Positions 12,358-27,400 of a stretch of 64,000 nucleotides of DNA are shown piece by piece. This DNA is from Podarcis melisellensis (lineage: Eukaryota): assembly GCA_964234715.1 (NCBI GenBank), contig OZ174281.1. One strand, given 5' to 3'. The notes below the pieces were generated by a model. It did no database searches and was not told the origin of the DNA. It saw nothing but the letters and a program-made list of their open reading frames with translations. Made by a program: the position numbers and the translations under genes. Numbering within the stretch: the first letter of the stretch is position 1; every line of letters begins with the position of its first letter.

Positions 12358-12530
12358 GCATAGCTCAGCTGTGGAGCACATACATGCCTTGCATGCAGAA
12401 TGTCATGTTCAATCTCTGGCATTTCCAGTTAAAAAGATCTGGTAGCAGGGAATGTGAAGTTAGTCTGTCTGTCAGACCTTGGGGAGCTACTGCCAACCAG
12501 AGTACACAATACGGGGCTACATGGGCAAAT
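12358..12530 (+). mobile_element. Squamate tRNA-derived SINE, diverged
   Basis: TAGCTCAG...GAGCA...TTGCATGCAGAA...GTTCAATCTCTGGCAT head; same family as 30022-30215 (-). Confidence 0.55.
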
Positions 12531-15500
12531 AATCTCTCCTGTGACATTTCACAGAAAATATTCAATATAGCATCTTATTTTTATTTCCAGTAAGTATTTT
12601 TTACTACATTAAAACTGTTTTATGGCACACAGCGTGTAATATACTTTTGTATGTCTTATCCTACAGATAAATGTAAACTTGGAAACGAAAGTTTGGCATA
12701 TTTTGCCATCTTTTTTTAACTTTAATTGGAAACCTGACCTGAACATTTATTTAAAGAGTGTTTTATAATTTTGTTTTATTTGTTTTTATAATTGTATATT
12801 CAGTGTAGCACCCCCTGGGATCTTATGATGGATGGGTAAGAAGACTTAATAAAAATAATAATATGGTAGGAATTTTGTAAAATTACTTTGTTCCTAGTCA
12901 GATACTGCAAAATGGTCAAAACATCCTTAAAACTGCTTGATGTAGGAGTTCCTAATGGGTAATTTCACTTCTGATAGCATATGAGTGGTGATGGCATAAG
13001 TCAGGTTTGGTATAATGGTATGTATGTGCTCCCAGTTATTTCCTTTGTTGCAGCAACCATATATTTACTGACCAACTATTATGCAGTACCTTATGAAAAA
13101 TAAAAGACTGAACTATTAGGAACTTTTTTAATTTAGGAAAAAAATACTAAGAGGGGAGGGGGACACGATAGATGTTTATAAAATGTATGGTTAGGGTAGG
13201 TAAACAAATTATTCCCTTTTGCAAAGCATGAAGACCTTGGAGTCATCCACTAAAAGTAGATTCAGGATAGGCAAGTACTTCACATACCACATAATTAAGG
13301 AATTCACTGCTGTAGGATGTGATAACCACTGACTAAAAGGGAAAATAAATAATTTCTCCATGAATCTTGCCTATCAGTCAATGTCGATTAGCCAACAAAC
13401 TAAATGGGAGTCTCCTTGGTCAGAAGTAGTGTACTACTGAATCCCAGCTGCTGGTGACAAGCACCTGAGGGCTGGGGCCATACTTGAAGGTATCTAAGAA
13501 ACATCTGATTGACCACTGTTGGAAACAGTCTTTTGCTCTGATCTGACAGTGCTGTTAAGTACGATCATAGGTTCCACATAGTATAAAGAATTAGCTTTAT
13601 GAACCACTATAGCGGAAGAAACTTGCGCAACAAGGTTTGTAATGTGTAGATGTCATTATTTTTGAATCTTTTTAATTCACTCATACTTCTGTGTGACTGC
13701 AGGGCCCAGGCTAGGAAAGAAGCTGCTGCCAAGATAGAAAAAAGCTCATGCGTTCTCTTCGTACTCCACACCTGACTAAATGTAAGGAGTTATGGAATTT
13801 CCTTTGGAGTGCACTAAGTTTTGAGTCTTGCAATTCTTGGTTTAGATTCTTTTTAAGCAACTATGAAAGCTCAGTATTTCTATTACTCGATTTTCATACC
13901 TGTGGTTGTGAATCATCCTTCCTCAAATGGGAAGACAGTGTTCATTTGCAAAATGGGAAGACAAGGTTCATTTGCATAGCTTTTGGCCTCCAGTGTCTAT
14001 GTCTCCATTTAAGCTCTGCTTGAAAAGCCCATTTAAATATACCCTCTTCTCTGTAGAGTGTAATTGTTGCTATCTTTTCTCCAAACTCACTTTCAACCAA
14101 TCAGTAGCAGTGGCTGAATTTCAAGCAGTGCTGTTAATTCACCTCACATGGGAGGTTAGCTGCAGGAAGGTGGATGGGCTGTGCTGCAAGAACCATGGGC
14201 TCAGTCCTTCCAGAAACCAGCATATGCATGCCACTTTTTGGCATTGAAATATGTTGATGGAATCAGTAAGTTATGCATGTGTGCACCTTTGTCTATATTT
14301 GCATACTGGTGAAGGATATAGCAATGGGGAATAGGTGGACAGATAGGGACTGGAAGCATGAAGCAAGGATCTGTGACTGACACTGGACTATTAGTAGCCA
14401 TCTCTAAATTCATGCTCTCTATTGGCAGCAGGATTTAAGGATTTTTAAAATTTTAGGAGTCACCTGCCAGACTCTGGAACAAGTCCATGGAAAACTGGAA
14501 TATGCATTGCATTTACGATTCCATAGAATATTAGATCAACTGTGAGCTTTTAATACTATAAGCCCTTTCTCGCAGTCTTTGCCAGCTCCTTGAGGCTATT
14601 TCTACTGACCTTGTTTTATTTCTGTTACTTTGTGGAAGACTTCTATTCTAAACAAGCTTTCAGAGAGTGGGTCTTCTCTGGAGTTAGGGCTTTTTAGCCT
14701 TCTACAACATTCCTGTGTAGATGACATCTAAATATAGGACATAATTCTTCTTAATAGTGAACTCACAATCAAAAGTGGGGCTACTGAGAAATGAGAAATT
14801 AGCATGCTTGGGGAAGCCAGAGGTTCCAGAAGTACAAAACATCTAAAAAGCAAATACCCAATGGGACCATCTTCCTTAAACAGCCCAATGAGAGTTGAGC
14901 TTCTTCAGTGATCATTGGAAGGAGCCTCTTAAATGCTATATAAGTTGGAAAAGCCAAACAAAGTTGAAGGTCAGGAATTTGGCTGGCTTCCTTTAGCTGT
15001 TTACAGTACTGTGTTCTGGAGGAAGGCATGGACAGCTGCCTGGATTCCTGAAAAGGAGCACTTCTGTTACTGGGTAAGGATATACTGTAATAGGTCTCAC
15101 CTGTTGATATCTACTGTAATTGCTGTAGGTATTCATATACATGGCTATGCTAAATATATAAGTAGCAATTCATGCACACCAGTAGCATTTTTTATTCTAC
15201 ATATAGCAATTTTGTAAGAACTCTGTGTGCTTGCCATCACATGAATCTTTACTTCAGTGGACAATTTGCAGTCCAACCTTGAGCAAGTTGCAGGATGTTT
15301 AGATGACTGTGTTGCTGCAAGTCAGGATAACTTGTTGAGCAAAGGAAATAGGCTCCTTGTCTTATTCTAATGATTGAGTTACAAGAAAATACTGAAATTA
15401 AATGTTACTCTTTGACTTTCTAAGAAAAAGAGGTTTTCTATATGGTGAAATAGATATTTGTTTAGGCTGTACATGAAATATTAATCTCTATACTTTTAAG

Positions 15501-17617
15501 AGCCACAACATACATATTTTTTGAAATAATTGTGATACATAAAGGCTTTTAAATAAATACCAAATCAAGTGAGTGTTTGTGTTAATTAAAAAGCACATCT
15601 TAACTATAAGACTGCAATGATGAGGTTAATTCAGTTTAAGATGAAAATGAACAACAGATCAACGGATGAGTAAGCTAAAATTACTTAAGTTCTAAATTAA
15701 GAACACTAGTAGCATTTTAATGTAAACCTATTAGCATTCCAGGAAGCAAACCATACCATTTAGGTACCCTGCACCTATTTACAAATCAGTGTCCATGGAA
15801 GAGCCCTGAACAAAACTAGCTTAGGGTTGACAAGGTGGTCAAGTGACAACTACCAAAACACTGAAGATGGAAAATGATTTTGAAAAGTTTCATATGAATA
15901 TGATCCTGGTAAACTGTGTCTTTTCTGTCCTCAGTATTGTCAACCTTTGACTTAACTAAATAATATGACTTATAGGGCTATCAATGGCTAATAGCTGTCA
16001 ATACCCTGAGAATTTTGTAATCAGACCTATCAAGGCTATTAAGTAGGTAAAATGCCAGCTGTGTGTGCACGTGTCTTGTGTAGGATAGGACTTTTTGATA
16101 GAATTGTCCAAGAGATGAGACATTATGGACAATGCAGCTTTTTGTTTCAGTTAAAAAGAGTAAGGTTTAATACTAATCTACCCCACACATAAGGATATAG
16201 ACAATATATGATATGAATAAATGAAACCTAATAGGGAAAATAACTAATTTCACTGTACTAGGATAATGTTCATCACTATACATTAAGTTACAAATCATTC
16301 AGGTATAGATACCCTTCAAAATTAAATCTGTAGGTAGGCGTCTGCTGTTGTCTGGTAGTTCAAACCAAAATTAAGTGTTTTGCTTATAACGGTGGACAGT
16401 ATTTTATTAACTAACATATCTGCTGAAACCATGGTTCAGGTTGCCAAGCTAAGCCTAGGCCCCAGGAAGCATATACAAGGAAAACAAGAAAATACTGCTT
16501 GTAATAAATGGCAGTGAAAAACTGCCTTAAGCATGATTTACTTGAGCAGATGAACTGCTACCCTGAATTTTTTGTGTATATGGGCTTATACCTCACAAAT
16601 GCTTTCTAATGTGAATCTGCCTATAGAAGCTGTTATGCAAGAGAGCTGTCTTTAGAGAATTTATGCCTCTTCCTACTTAAGAATGCAACTGAAATGTAAT
16701 ATCTATTCTTTGTCATTACTTGAATTGACCTCTAAAAATGATCTAGAAACTTATATGTGACAGAGAACAGAACTGAGGTAGCCAGTTATCAGAGGACACC
16801 AAATTATTACAGAGGACATTCCTACATTTGGACTGGGCAATTAACAAGCGTTAAAATTGGGAGCATAAAAGTCCCCATTTCATATTTATCAACAATATCT
16901 TATTGCAGTCTTCTAGAAAATATCTTGCCAGTGTGGAAAGCAACCTAAAACTGTTGCCTTACTACGCTAGGGCAATGAAAAGGCAAAAACACAAATATGC
17001 CAAATATATTTATTTTTAAACATTTTCCTGTAAGGGTTCTTCAAGGAAACAACTTTCAACCGGGTTAAAGTCTTAAGGTAACAGAAATGTCATACATAGG
17101 TTATTTAATAATGGGGAAAGTCACTGACTAATTTCACCTTCAAAATAGTGCAAGTACCTGAGCAGTCCCTCCCATAATAAAATTTGATATGCACACTAAC
17201 AATAAATTACGAGTCTCTGGTTTAAAAATATAACAGTTCTATTGCTTTAAAACATTTAACAACATAGTCTATCCTGCTCCCGTTTTGCTGTTCACCAGTA
17301 GTCCACAAGCCATATAAAATGATTTTTGTATACCTAGAAGACACAAAGTAGAAGAGGACCAAACTGTCCCTTCTTGGAACCTGCTTACCAAAGTGCGGAT
17401 GTAACTTTACACATTCAGTGCCATAAAACATTTTACTGCATATATTTAAGTTAGCATTCAATTTTAAGAAGTGTGCCAGTGTTTTCCTTTGAAGCCACAC
17501 AGAATTGGAGCTAGATGCAAGTGTTTGTCCAAGTGCATCAGCGACTGATGGAAAGAAAGGTAGGTTTCAGCTGCACTGCAGTTAGATGTGACTAGCAGGG
17601 AAAAAAATGAAGGCTGT

Positions 17618-17684
17618 AATAATAATAATAATAATTTTTATTTATACCCCGCCCTCCCCAGCCAAGGCCGGGCTCAGAGCGGCT
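17618..17684 (-). mobile_element. L2-like LINE 3' end with (TTA)n tail
   Basis: GGGCGGGGTATAAATAAAAATTATTATT end, shared with 28155-28230, 37930-38084 and 48923-49005. Confidence 0.55.
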
Positions 17685-18328
17685 GTAGGCACAAATGCAC
17701 TAGGATTGTTTTTCGGCATAAGCCCCACTGAAAGATAATGATGCACAATTTCCATTCTGTCAATGGAACTTTTGTACAAGATGTTCTCCATCAATTCTGC
17801 TACATGTCCAAAGACATTTCTGAAATAGTAGCATCTTTAGAAGACTCTCCTGTATTACAAGAAAGGGAATACAACATAGGTGGCTATATTCAGCCCCATT
17901 AATACAGCTTGATGTCATTGAATACATTCTGATTATTATACTGTTATATATGGGACCCCCATTTTAGAAACTGTTGATTTGTCCAAGAGAACCATGTCCT
18001 CACTGGCTCATGTGTTCTCTCCCCTCTGAAGGGAATGTGCAAGCCTGAGTCCTGTGCTCCTGATCTCATTGTATAATTGCAGGAACAAAATGGTAAGTGA
18101 ATAGGCCCATTACTTATAAAGCCATGCGCGTGTACTCTGTAGGATAAAATATATACAAGACGAAGAGCAGATTTTTCAGTGTGCAAGTACTGTAAAAAAA
18201 AATGTACAGCATATTGAACAGTCCAGGTAAAAGACTGACTTTACCTCATGCAAGCCTGCATAGTTTATATGCCCGTCCTACAAGCATTAAGGGAATGCAT
18301 GCTAGAGGCAGTTCCAAAATGAAGTTGT

Positions 18329-18460
18329 TTAAAGTTCAAAGTCTCTCTTAAGGCTCTTCAGATCATCTAAAGAAAATTGTTGGTTTTCCTCTTTGGAAAG
18401 AGAATCAAACAGTTGTTGAACCTGTTCTACTTCGTTCTTACTAAGTAGTGTTAGCACCAT
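18329..18460 (-). CDS. SPAG1: SPAG1 last coding exon
   Basis: MVLTLLSKNEVEQVQQLFDSL...LKRDFEL*. Confidence 0.94.
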   Translation of the reverse strand: MVLTLLSKNEVEQVQQLFDSLSKEENQQFSLDDLKSLKRDFEL

Positions 18461-21400
18461 CTGAAAAGGGGGAAATAATGTGTGGTTAGCATTTATAAAT
18501 ACTATCTGCAAATGGTATTTGTCTAAATGCCTAGTAAAAGCTAGTATTTCATAAACATGCACATTTTCAGAAATAATTGACAGCAAATGCCATAATTCCT
18601 TACCTTAAACCTTTCTGCTCTACTCAGGTGGACAAGATGCTGGTACACCAGTCCAGGGTCTTGACAAAATACATCCGACTGCAGGGCTTGGATAAAGAGC
18701 AGAAAAATGTCTCCTTCTAGTTTGTTGCTTAAAAGGGCTGGTAAATCTTTTGGCTCAATCGCTGTCAAGAGCTCTGCACAAGCAGCGATGTCCTTATTGG
18801 CATTCACAACATTTATAATCTGACCAAATTCATAGGCATTAGATGGCTTTGAAATAATGAGTTTTTCTGAACTATTCATTGGCACTGCGTCAGTCTCTCC
18901 TTTAGCGCTGTCATGATTTGATGTAGCCTTCTCTGAAGTACAGGTCACTCTAGCTTCCTCTTCCTCATTCACCTTCACAAAGAAATAACCACATGCCCAG
19001 TTGGTTTTGATATATGTATGCAACATGTAACATTTCATAATTGTGATAAGCAGGAGCACAGAGAAATTATTATTGCAGCCTGAGTAAAACTTATGAAAAT
19101 CTTTCTCCCAAGAGACATTTTAATTCTGTCCTAGACACCATCAAAATGATATATTCAATGTCTGACCCTGTTCACATGTGCAGCTGCCAGATTATAACAT
19201 AGGTGAGCTTGATTGTGCTGCCTCCATCCCTCTCAGTGGGGTGCTGACTGCATGGTAAAAAAGGATGTAAAAAATTATGCCTGGCTTCACCTATTTGCTC
19301 ATGTTCATCCTCTGCATGCCCATGCCGTGCAGGTGTCTTATATGTTTAACTGACTTCCACATAGTTGGCTGCACATATGATGGAGTGTCTGCGATCAGAG
19401 CACCATATACTAAAAGCAGTAAACAAACTGGTGCACTTACAAAATCAGAGAGGTTGGGTGAGGGAGGGACTATTAAGAGTTTCAATGTTAACTCCACCAT
19501 CAAAAAACTTTTGTTCAGAACCGAGAGACTGGGCTGAGTCTAGGATAAGAGTTACCAACCTTTGGAGGCCTGTGGGCACATCTGCAAACCAGGGAAACTG
19601 CCATGGGCATCACACCCACATTCTACTAGCTACAACAGAATGCTACTTTCAGACCTACCATATTGGCCTGGATATAAGCCTCACTTTTTTCCCAAATTCC
19701 GACCGTGAAAAGTTAATAGTGTGGCTTATATTTGCGACCTTATGGTATGCATCCAGAGAGCGGCAAAGCAGTGCCCGTCCTGTGTGCAGTCCCCCATCCT
19801 CTTCCCCTAATGCTGGGAAGGGAGAGAGTGAGAAAGGGGAAAGGTCACTGGCAAAGCAGCACAGCTCCGCCGCCGCCCAGTATGCAGTCAGGAACACCTT
19901 ATATTTTGGTGCTTTTCGTCCCCACTCCCTCCAATTTTAAAGGTGCAGCTTATATTTGGGCCAATACAGTAATTTCAGTGGAGGAGAGGAGACCCTGCAG
20001 ATACCAGGGAAGCCCTTGGTGATCACGTGTGCACCTGCAAAGCAATGTTGGTGGCCCTTGATCCAGGGCATTTCCCTCTAGCTTCCAACCTGCCCACTTG
20101 CTGATTTGGGCTTTTGCTGTCCCTCAATCACTCGACAATAATCTTGACTCAACGGCAAGTGCATAACAACGTTGATAGTTAAAGTGCAAGTAAACACTAA
20201 CGTGCGACTCATTCCTATTTTAGAGCTTTAGAGTTTTTCATCTTTTAATCTGTTAGGATTCTCTGTTTTAGATACATTATAAAATTAAATAATAATAATA
20301 AAGCTTCACAGAAAATGAAAATGGGGAATGAAATTAAACCAGAGATTAATGAAATGGAAATTAGGATCAGAAATTATATAGAAGATGACAGAGAACTGGC
20401 AGGACAGAGATGAAACTATGGCAAAACTTAGAAGGAACAACTGATGAAATGGAAGTACCCACTATACAAGTGTCTGGAGAAATGAAGGTAAGATTTTGGA
20501 AAACAAAAATGACATAAATGAAGAGAGATCTGGATAATCTGACATCAATGGAATTGAGAGAGAAAGAATTTGACCTATGACTTGGAGTGATCCTAGGGAT
20601 AAAGCAATTAAATCTCTGGCATTCTTTTTGGAAAGAGAAACACAAAAGGAAGAGTCAGTACTAGATAAGGCTGAAAAAACATGGCAAATACAACAGGAAG
20701 TGGAAATTGAAGATACAGAACTGGGTGTGGGCCAATGGATACATAATAAAAGGATTTTGGAATATTATCTCAATATACAATCACAGCAGATAGATTCTTA
20801 TATGCACAAAGGAGGAAATTGGAGGCAAAATTTAAACATTTAATTAGAGGGGGGGAACATTCTTGGCATTTATCATTAATTGGGAACCCCTTTTTGAGTG
20901 AAAAGAAAAATGAACACATAGTTAATATACCACTCTTCATCATAACATCTCAGGGTGATTCAATTTTCACATTTATAGTTTTTTTAAAGAAAATTTGCCA
21001 AGCACATAAAGCTGAATGCAAACAAGTTGTGAGTTACCTGTAATATAGAAAAGGAAGCAATGGGACTAAGAGGGCATTTTAAATTTAAATATAGCAACAA
21101 GATTTTAAGCATTACAACTCTTTGGCTGTAATAAGTAACATTCTAAACTACCTTACTTTAGTACTATAGTGGGATTCTCTTTATGGCTGCTGTATAATAA
21201 GCAACAAGTAAGCCAAAACTATTTATTTTAATACGGTGTTTACTATGTGATAATCAGCTGGTGGCTAGTCACATTTGTTTATAACATCAAACAAAACAGG
21301 TTCCCATTAATAAAACACAAGTCCAGAAGACCTTAGTGGTCTTAGCCTTCCACTATTTTCTCAGAAAAGAATCCCCACAACCAGCAAGTCTACAACTGCC

Positions 21401-24400
21401 TTGCACAACTTACTTAGCTTGCCAGTTACCACAAAGTGCTTGAGCAGCTCAATCCAGACATTTCATAAGGAGGTTTGAATCTTACACACTTATAGGCCCA
21501 GTACATGATTTTTTTTTAACTGAATACCTCTTGGATTTCAATTTTTTTCCTTTGCTTTTGTTGCCCGTTGACTGTATGCTCATTTTTCAGTTTTAGCAAC
21601 TGTGTTGTTTCCTGCAGCTCCTTCTTTGCTTCTTCAATATTTGAATCTATTAGAAGAACTTTCTTCAAATCATCAATACTGGCTTTGTAGTTCTGAAATG
21701 TTTAAAAAGTCAATTATTGGCCTTATAAACTGAATAGCTGGAAATATCACAAAATTTACAAATACTCAGAAATATGAAACATAGCAAAACATAGTAAGAA
21801 CTGGCATTAAGACTAGGTCAGGTGATGCTGTGACTACCACAAAGTGTTCCTCCAAATCAGCAGTCAGCAGTTTTTCATTTCTGTTTCTTCAAACAACAGG
21901 AATTCTCCCTCCTTCAAACTTTTGATAATTTAAATGTTATCATTTATGCTATAACTAACACTGAGCAAGTTAAGAGCTAAAACTCTTTTCTTACCTGTAA
22001 TCCTTTGTATGCTAGAGCTCTTCTGTATAAAGCTTTTATGTTAGAGTCATCAATCTGAAGAACATGATCACAATCTTTTTTGGCTTCTTCATATTGAAAC
22101 AGCTTCAAGTAACAAAGGGCCCTATAGAGTAAAAAGAAAAAAGAAAAAGCACTGTAAGAACATAGGGTAGCACCCATAGAACCCTGAGGCCAATTCTCAA
22201 AGTCCCATTACTTGTATATTAAGAAATGTGTATAGTTGTAGTTATAAGAATGGCTAAATGGCCAACCTAAGTTTGATTCTGATATACAGTTGTACCTTGG
22301 TTTTCAAACAGAATGCGTTCCGGAAGTCTGTCCGACTTCCAAAACATTTGGAAACCAAGGTGCAGCTTCCAATTGGCTGTAGGAGTGTTCTGCAGCCAAT
22401 CGGAAGCCGCGCCAGACGTTCGGCTTCCAAGGCAAATTTCGCAAACCGGAGCATCTACTTCCGGGTTGGCAGCATTTGAGTTCCAAGTTGTTCGTGAACT
22501 AAGCTGTTCAAAAACCGAGGTATGACTGTACTAGTTGGAAAGGCAATATGAGAATTGTGTGCCCAGATGTTTATGGTCCTCCCTGCATAGCAGAGTATAA
22601 ACGTCTTAATATAAAGGCATAGACTTTCATATAACAGAACTGCAATGAAACTAGCTTTCAATTACAAAATTAAAGTTTGACAAAATCAATTTCCCACTAA
22701 AATGAATGACAAATTGCCTGCTGATTTGAATAAGCTGGGTTGTATCTGATAGTGTTTTAAAATTCTCCTTACCTGTTAGTGTAGATAGTCTGTTCCTGGG
22801 AATTTAATTTGATGCATTCATTGTACTTTATCAATGCTTCTTCATAGTTACCCTTTTTCACAAATTCATTTCCTTTATTCTTAAGTGACTTGAACATTTC
22901 TTCTGGGTTTTCATCTATTTTCCCAAACAGATAAACAGATTGTCAGTCATCGGCAAACTTGAGTAGGGAGATCATTCATGCACTAGTTTTGTGGCATTCA
23001 GAAAGCAAGGCTGGAATTCATAGAGTATGGATCTATTTCTTAAGAGCAAGTTCATACCGTCACGCTTTTCACTGGATAATCCAGGCTTTGGGGGAACAAG
23101 AAGTTGTAGAGGAAGCAAAAATTAAGAACTCCCTCCCCCAGCCCATGCAAGGACACTGCAATGAGAGCATGAAAGCTATATATGCAGCTCTTTTGTTACT
23201 AGCAGGAATTTCCCAAGTATTAAGCTTTCTCAAATAAAACATTTATCAGCAATCACGTTACACATACTAGTAAAATGTGACTGTTGATCTCCATGCCTGG
23301 CTGCATTTTTCTTCTTTGGCTCTGCAGTAACACTTCCTCCATCCCACCAATGTAACTGAGCAGAAACTGGAACAACAGGAATCGGGGACAGCTTCTCCCT
23401 CCAATTTGGGCCATCCTCCTCTATTAAAGTTCTTGTTATCCTAGAGAAAAACAAGGTGTTGTTTTTTTTCACCGACGGCAATAAAATGCAGTAAACTAAC
23501 TAGGTAATTAAAATACTGCAACAATTTAAATGGTATGCATTCAAGTTTTTAAAAATCTTTTTAAAAAATCACATTAAGCTGTTTTTATTTATTATCCATA
23601 CCCATGTTATCTTTAGAATGCTAGTAACAATAACATTATCTACTGAATATGTCAACTAAGTACAAGCATGAAAGCCACATTGAACTGTTTCTCTCTTTCA
23701 GACCCAGTGAGGAGCACTTCATAGTACAGTACACACAAATCAGCCAAGATAATCAGATTCTGTTTATTTTGTATTGCTAGGAGCAGTCCACACATAGAAT
23801 TTGAGGTATTCAATAATTACTTCATAGGAATCAAATTTCAAATCTCAGGTTTTATAATACTATGTCAACTTAGTTTAATTCTATTTCACATAGTGCAGAA
23901 ACAAATACTTTGCAAGCTGAAAATGAATTACCAGAAGGAGAAGGAAGCAGCTGAAATAAGGAGATGGGTTGCCAGGAAGAGAGCAATAAGCAGTGAAGCA
24001 AAAGCATAAGTAAGACCTAGAGAGGGGCTGGGGAGTCCATGTGTTCAGAATTACGCAGGAGGAGCCATCATAAGAAGCAAGAAAGTAGAAGGCATTTGGA
24101 GTAATTCTTAAAACATCTAAATGCAAATATAAGATGAAAAGAATGGAAATCCTAAGTTTATGACCTCCAATTTCTACTTCATCTATTTCACATGACACTG
24201 AATATACATAGCCCCAATTAAATATGTTCAGTGATATTTGATGTCAGTCATATTCAGAGCAGGACAACTGAAATCAATGGGCAAGTTATGCTAAGCCCAA
24301 GGTTTTCACTGGGTCTATTAACACTGGGTGCTTCCCACCATTTCTCAAAGCAAATATGGAATAAAAAATTTTCTGTTTAACCAAAGCAAGACACAAATCT

Positions 24401-27400
24401 CTCAAGCACTTTTCAAAGACTGATGGACATGCCATGAACACTGTTTATTTCTTTAAATAACACAGGATTTAGTTTCAAATAGTTTACATCTGCAGCCAGA
24501 CCACCACAGTACAAAAGGCTATCCAAGCTAGTCTAAAATACATTGTATGGCCTACAATGTTTTGTGGATTGAACATTAAAAAACGTAATTCAGTGTGATG
24601 AATACAAGATAAAATGGAAATATTGCACATATGACTTAGTGTTGGAATGTTAAACTCTTACAAAGCTCCAACTGTAAACTCATTAAAATTCCAGTGTTAT
24701 GAACTAAGCTCTTGTTTGGAGAAATGATAGAAAAATAGTATCTTGAGAAATCACAAGAGCCATATTTAATAAAACTTAAAACATGAACTAAAATTGATAG
24801 CACTTAAGAGACATGTATAATCATCTCAGGTGACAAAAATAAAAGGGAATTATTTATTATATATAAGCAGTTTTATAACTTGAAAATTATTATTTTTAAC
24901 AATTACCCCCTTTTCAATAACATCCAAAGTGGGCTAGGAAAGAAAAAAAAACCTTTATAGTAGCAGATCTTGGTAAGTAGCTCCCTAATTGGCACGTCAG
25001 TTCAGTTTCCAAGTAGTGTGTCCCAAAAGTGAAGTGGGGTTATTATTATGGTTCCTCAAAACTAATATTAGACTTTCAGTGGTGACAGACATATAGGTAT
25101 ATTATGTACATTAATAATTGGCCTTTAGTGCAAGAAACACTTAACTGAGTGGTCAACAAGAAACCACTTTTCTTAAAGGCTCCCTATTAATACAGTAATG
25201 TACAGTACAGATCTTAAGATTAAATCTGGCAGTACACTAGTGATCAATTTACGGGAAAACTAAAACTGAACTAAATTTATTGTGCCAATACAGTTATCAC
25301 AGCAATAAAGCGAACTTATTAGTACATTAATCAAGATGTTTAGGCCAAATGGTTTCATTTTGAAAGCTGCATTCATAGCAAACCTCTGCAATGGTATTCT
25401 GCTCCAATACATGCAGGCTTCTTCGTACAAATATCCCCAGCAACATGGGAGTTACATCCACAGAAAAGGATGTTGCACAAGATTCTATGCATATTTTATT
25501 TAAAAACATGTATGCATATATCACTTAGTTTTTTTTTAAAAAAACTATTGGTATACAGTCTAAAAAGGAACAATATTTCATTAAAACAAAAACATAACCT
25601 AAGACCCGCAAGAAATAGTAAAATACATAAAAGCAAATAAAGCATAAATCTGAATGATTTCAAACTTGTAAAACTTAATGAGTCAGGGAAAGCCCGGGCA
25701 AAAACATAAGTCTTCAGCAGACATTGAAAGCATCTGTCCAAGAGGGACACCATTTGCTTGTTCAGTTCTCTATGAAGCTCACCTACCAGGACAACCAAAG
25801 TAGTCTCTATCCCAAATCCAAACAAGAAACCAGACTGAAAAGGATCTAGATACCCTCTACCATCTAGAAATATAAAGAATTTGGGTGTCATTTATGCTGG
25901 TTTACGACCGTAATAAATATTTGTTGCTGCTGGGTGCCATCACTAGATGCTTAAGCACTTTGTCCAAAAATGGTATGCAGGACACAGACGACTAGTTGCC
26001 CAGACTGGTGGCATCTAAGAAAACATTGCCAGTCACCTTTTCACCATAACTTCCTTTCCTGCCTTCTTTCAAAGAAGCATTTACTGATTCACCCAACCTA
26101 TCGTTCCACCTCTTGCTGCAAGATCCTTGGAGGTATAAGGCTATTATGTGTACAATCTATCCTTGCCTGTTGTAGACTTCAAACCTCCAATGATGCACAA
26201 GCTGAAGTGTATCCATAATAACAGGGTGAGCAAGAGTTCAAAATGCACATAATGATTCTGCAATTACTATGGCATTCAAGACAGAGTGGATGTGAGCGAC
26301 TTCATGCAGGAAATGTCTTGTAAACAAGTGTAGACAACAGACCAGTTGTTAGAGCATGAGACTCTTAATCTCAGGGTTGTGGGGTTCAGCCCCACATTAG
26401 GCAAAAAGATTCCTGTATTGAAGGGGGGGTTGGATGAGATGTCTCTTGTGGTCCCTTCAAACTTTACAATTATATGTTTATAATATTCTATGAAATCAGT
26501 TACAGTAAGAGTAAATGCCCTCTCACCACTCGGAAAAGCTACACTTGCCAAAATCAGACAGACCAAATTATGATGGAACAGTAACATTTAATAGCCACCA
26601 TCACTACTACCACTGAGTACCACCAAAGAGTCTGAAAATGGGCTCTAGTCCATGTTGGGTTGGATTCACTTTGAATATTTCACCACTGTGTGTGTCTAGC
26701 TGATGTATCTGCTATATCACTGTTTCAATCATCCCAGAAATTGTGGAGCTGGGCTTTAAAAAGTGAAGTGGAGATTTAGAAGCAATCATGTCAAATGCCC
26801 TAGTCATTTCCCCATTCTAGAGGTAAGCTAGGGGTCCAACAGGACTGCTAGACATTGGAAATAGAAAACTCCCAAAGAAGCACCAAGAATCCATTTGGAT
26901 GCATCCATTCCCAGGCAAACTGTTCTAAATCGGTTCCCCACACCTGCAGAGATTAGAGGTCCCAGTGAACTTTAACACTGTGAGGCAGCAATCTGTTCAT
27001 TATAAGGGGACCACATCAAGTTCCCTAGAACCCATCATTCTGTCAAGTACAAAACACCATATCAACATTATAACCTGCCAGAAGCATGAAGCTCAATAAT
27101 GATTGAGGCTGACCCATGGTGGTCATGCAGTCATGAAATCCTTACATTTTCCAGACAAATGTATAATTAATTCCCTCAGATTCACCAATCTGGGTGACTC
27201 CAAACCATTTTACATCAAAACCACTACTGCTAAATAAGGCATATTTACTAAATCACCTTCCACATATATATCGCAAGGTAATGTACAGAACAGAATAAAA
27301 GCAACTAAAAACAGCACAAAAAATAATAGATAATTTTAAAAGGAGGGTATGCAGTAAAGGAAGCAGTATACAGCCCCCATTTTTAATCCAGAATTAGATT

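Noticed and set aside
17009-17014. Candidate SPAG1 poly(A) signal (minus-strand AATAAA)
   Set aside because: Several alternatives exist (for example in the L2 tail near 17640, and near 16403), and it cannot be assigned without 3' end data.
19365-19940. 191-aa ORF in a SPAG1 intron (opposite strand)
   Set aside because: It runs across MITE sequence, has no recognisable domain and uses a non-ATG start.
20210-20860. A-rich plus-strand segment resembling a decayed LINE
   Set aside because: No diagnostic motif could be read with confidence; it needs RepeatMasker.
26341-26402. Apparent tRNA-Lys(CTT) gene (also 8200-8255, and tRNA-Ile-like 39276-39343)
   Set aside because: Acceptor stems and T-loops are degenerate and the sequences continue into SINE bodies or tails, so they are not functional tRNA genes.
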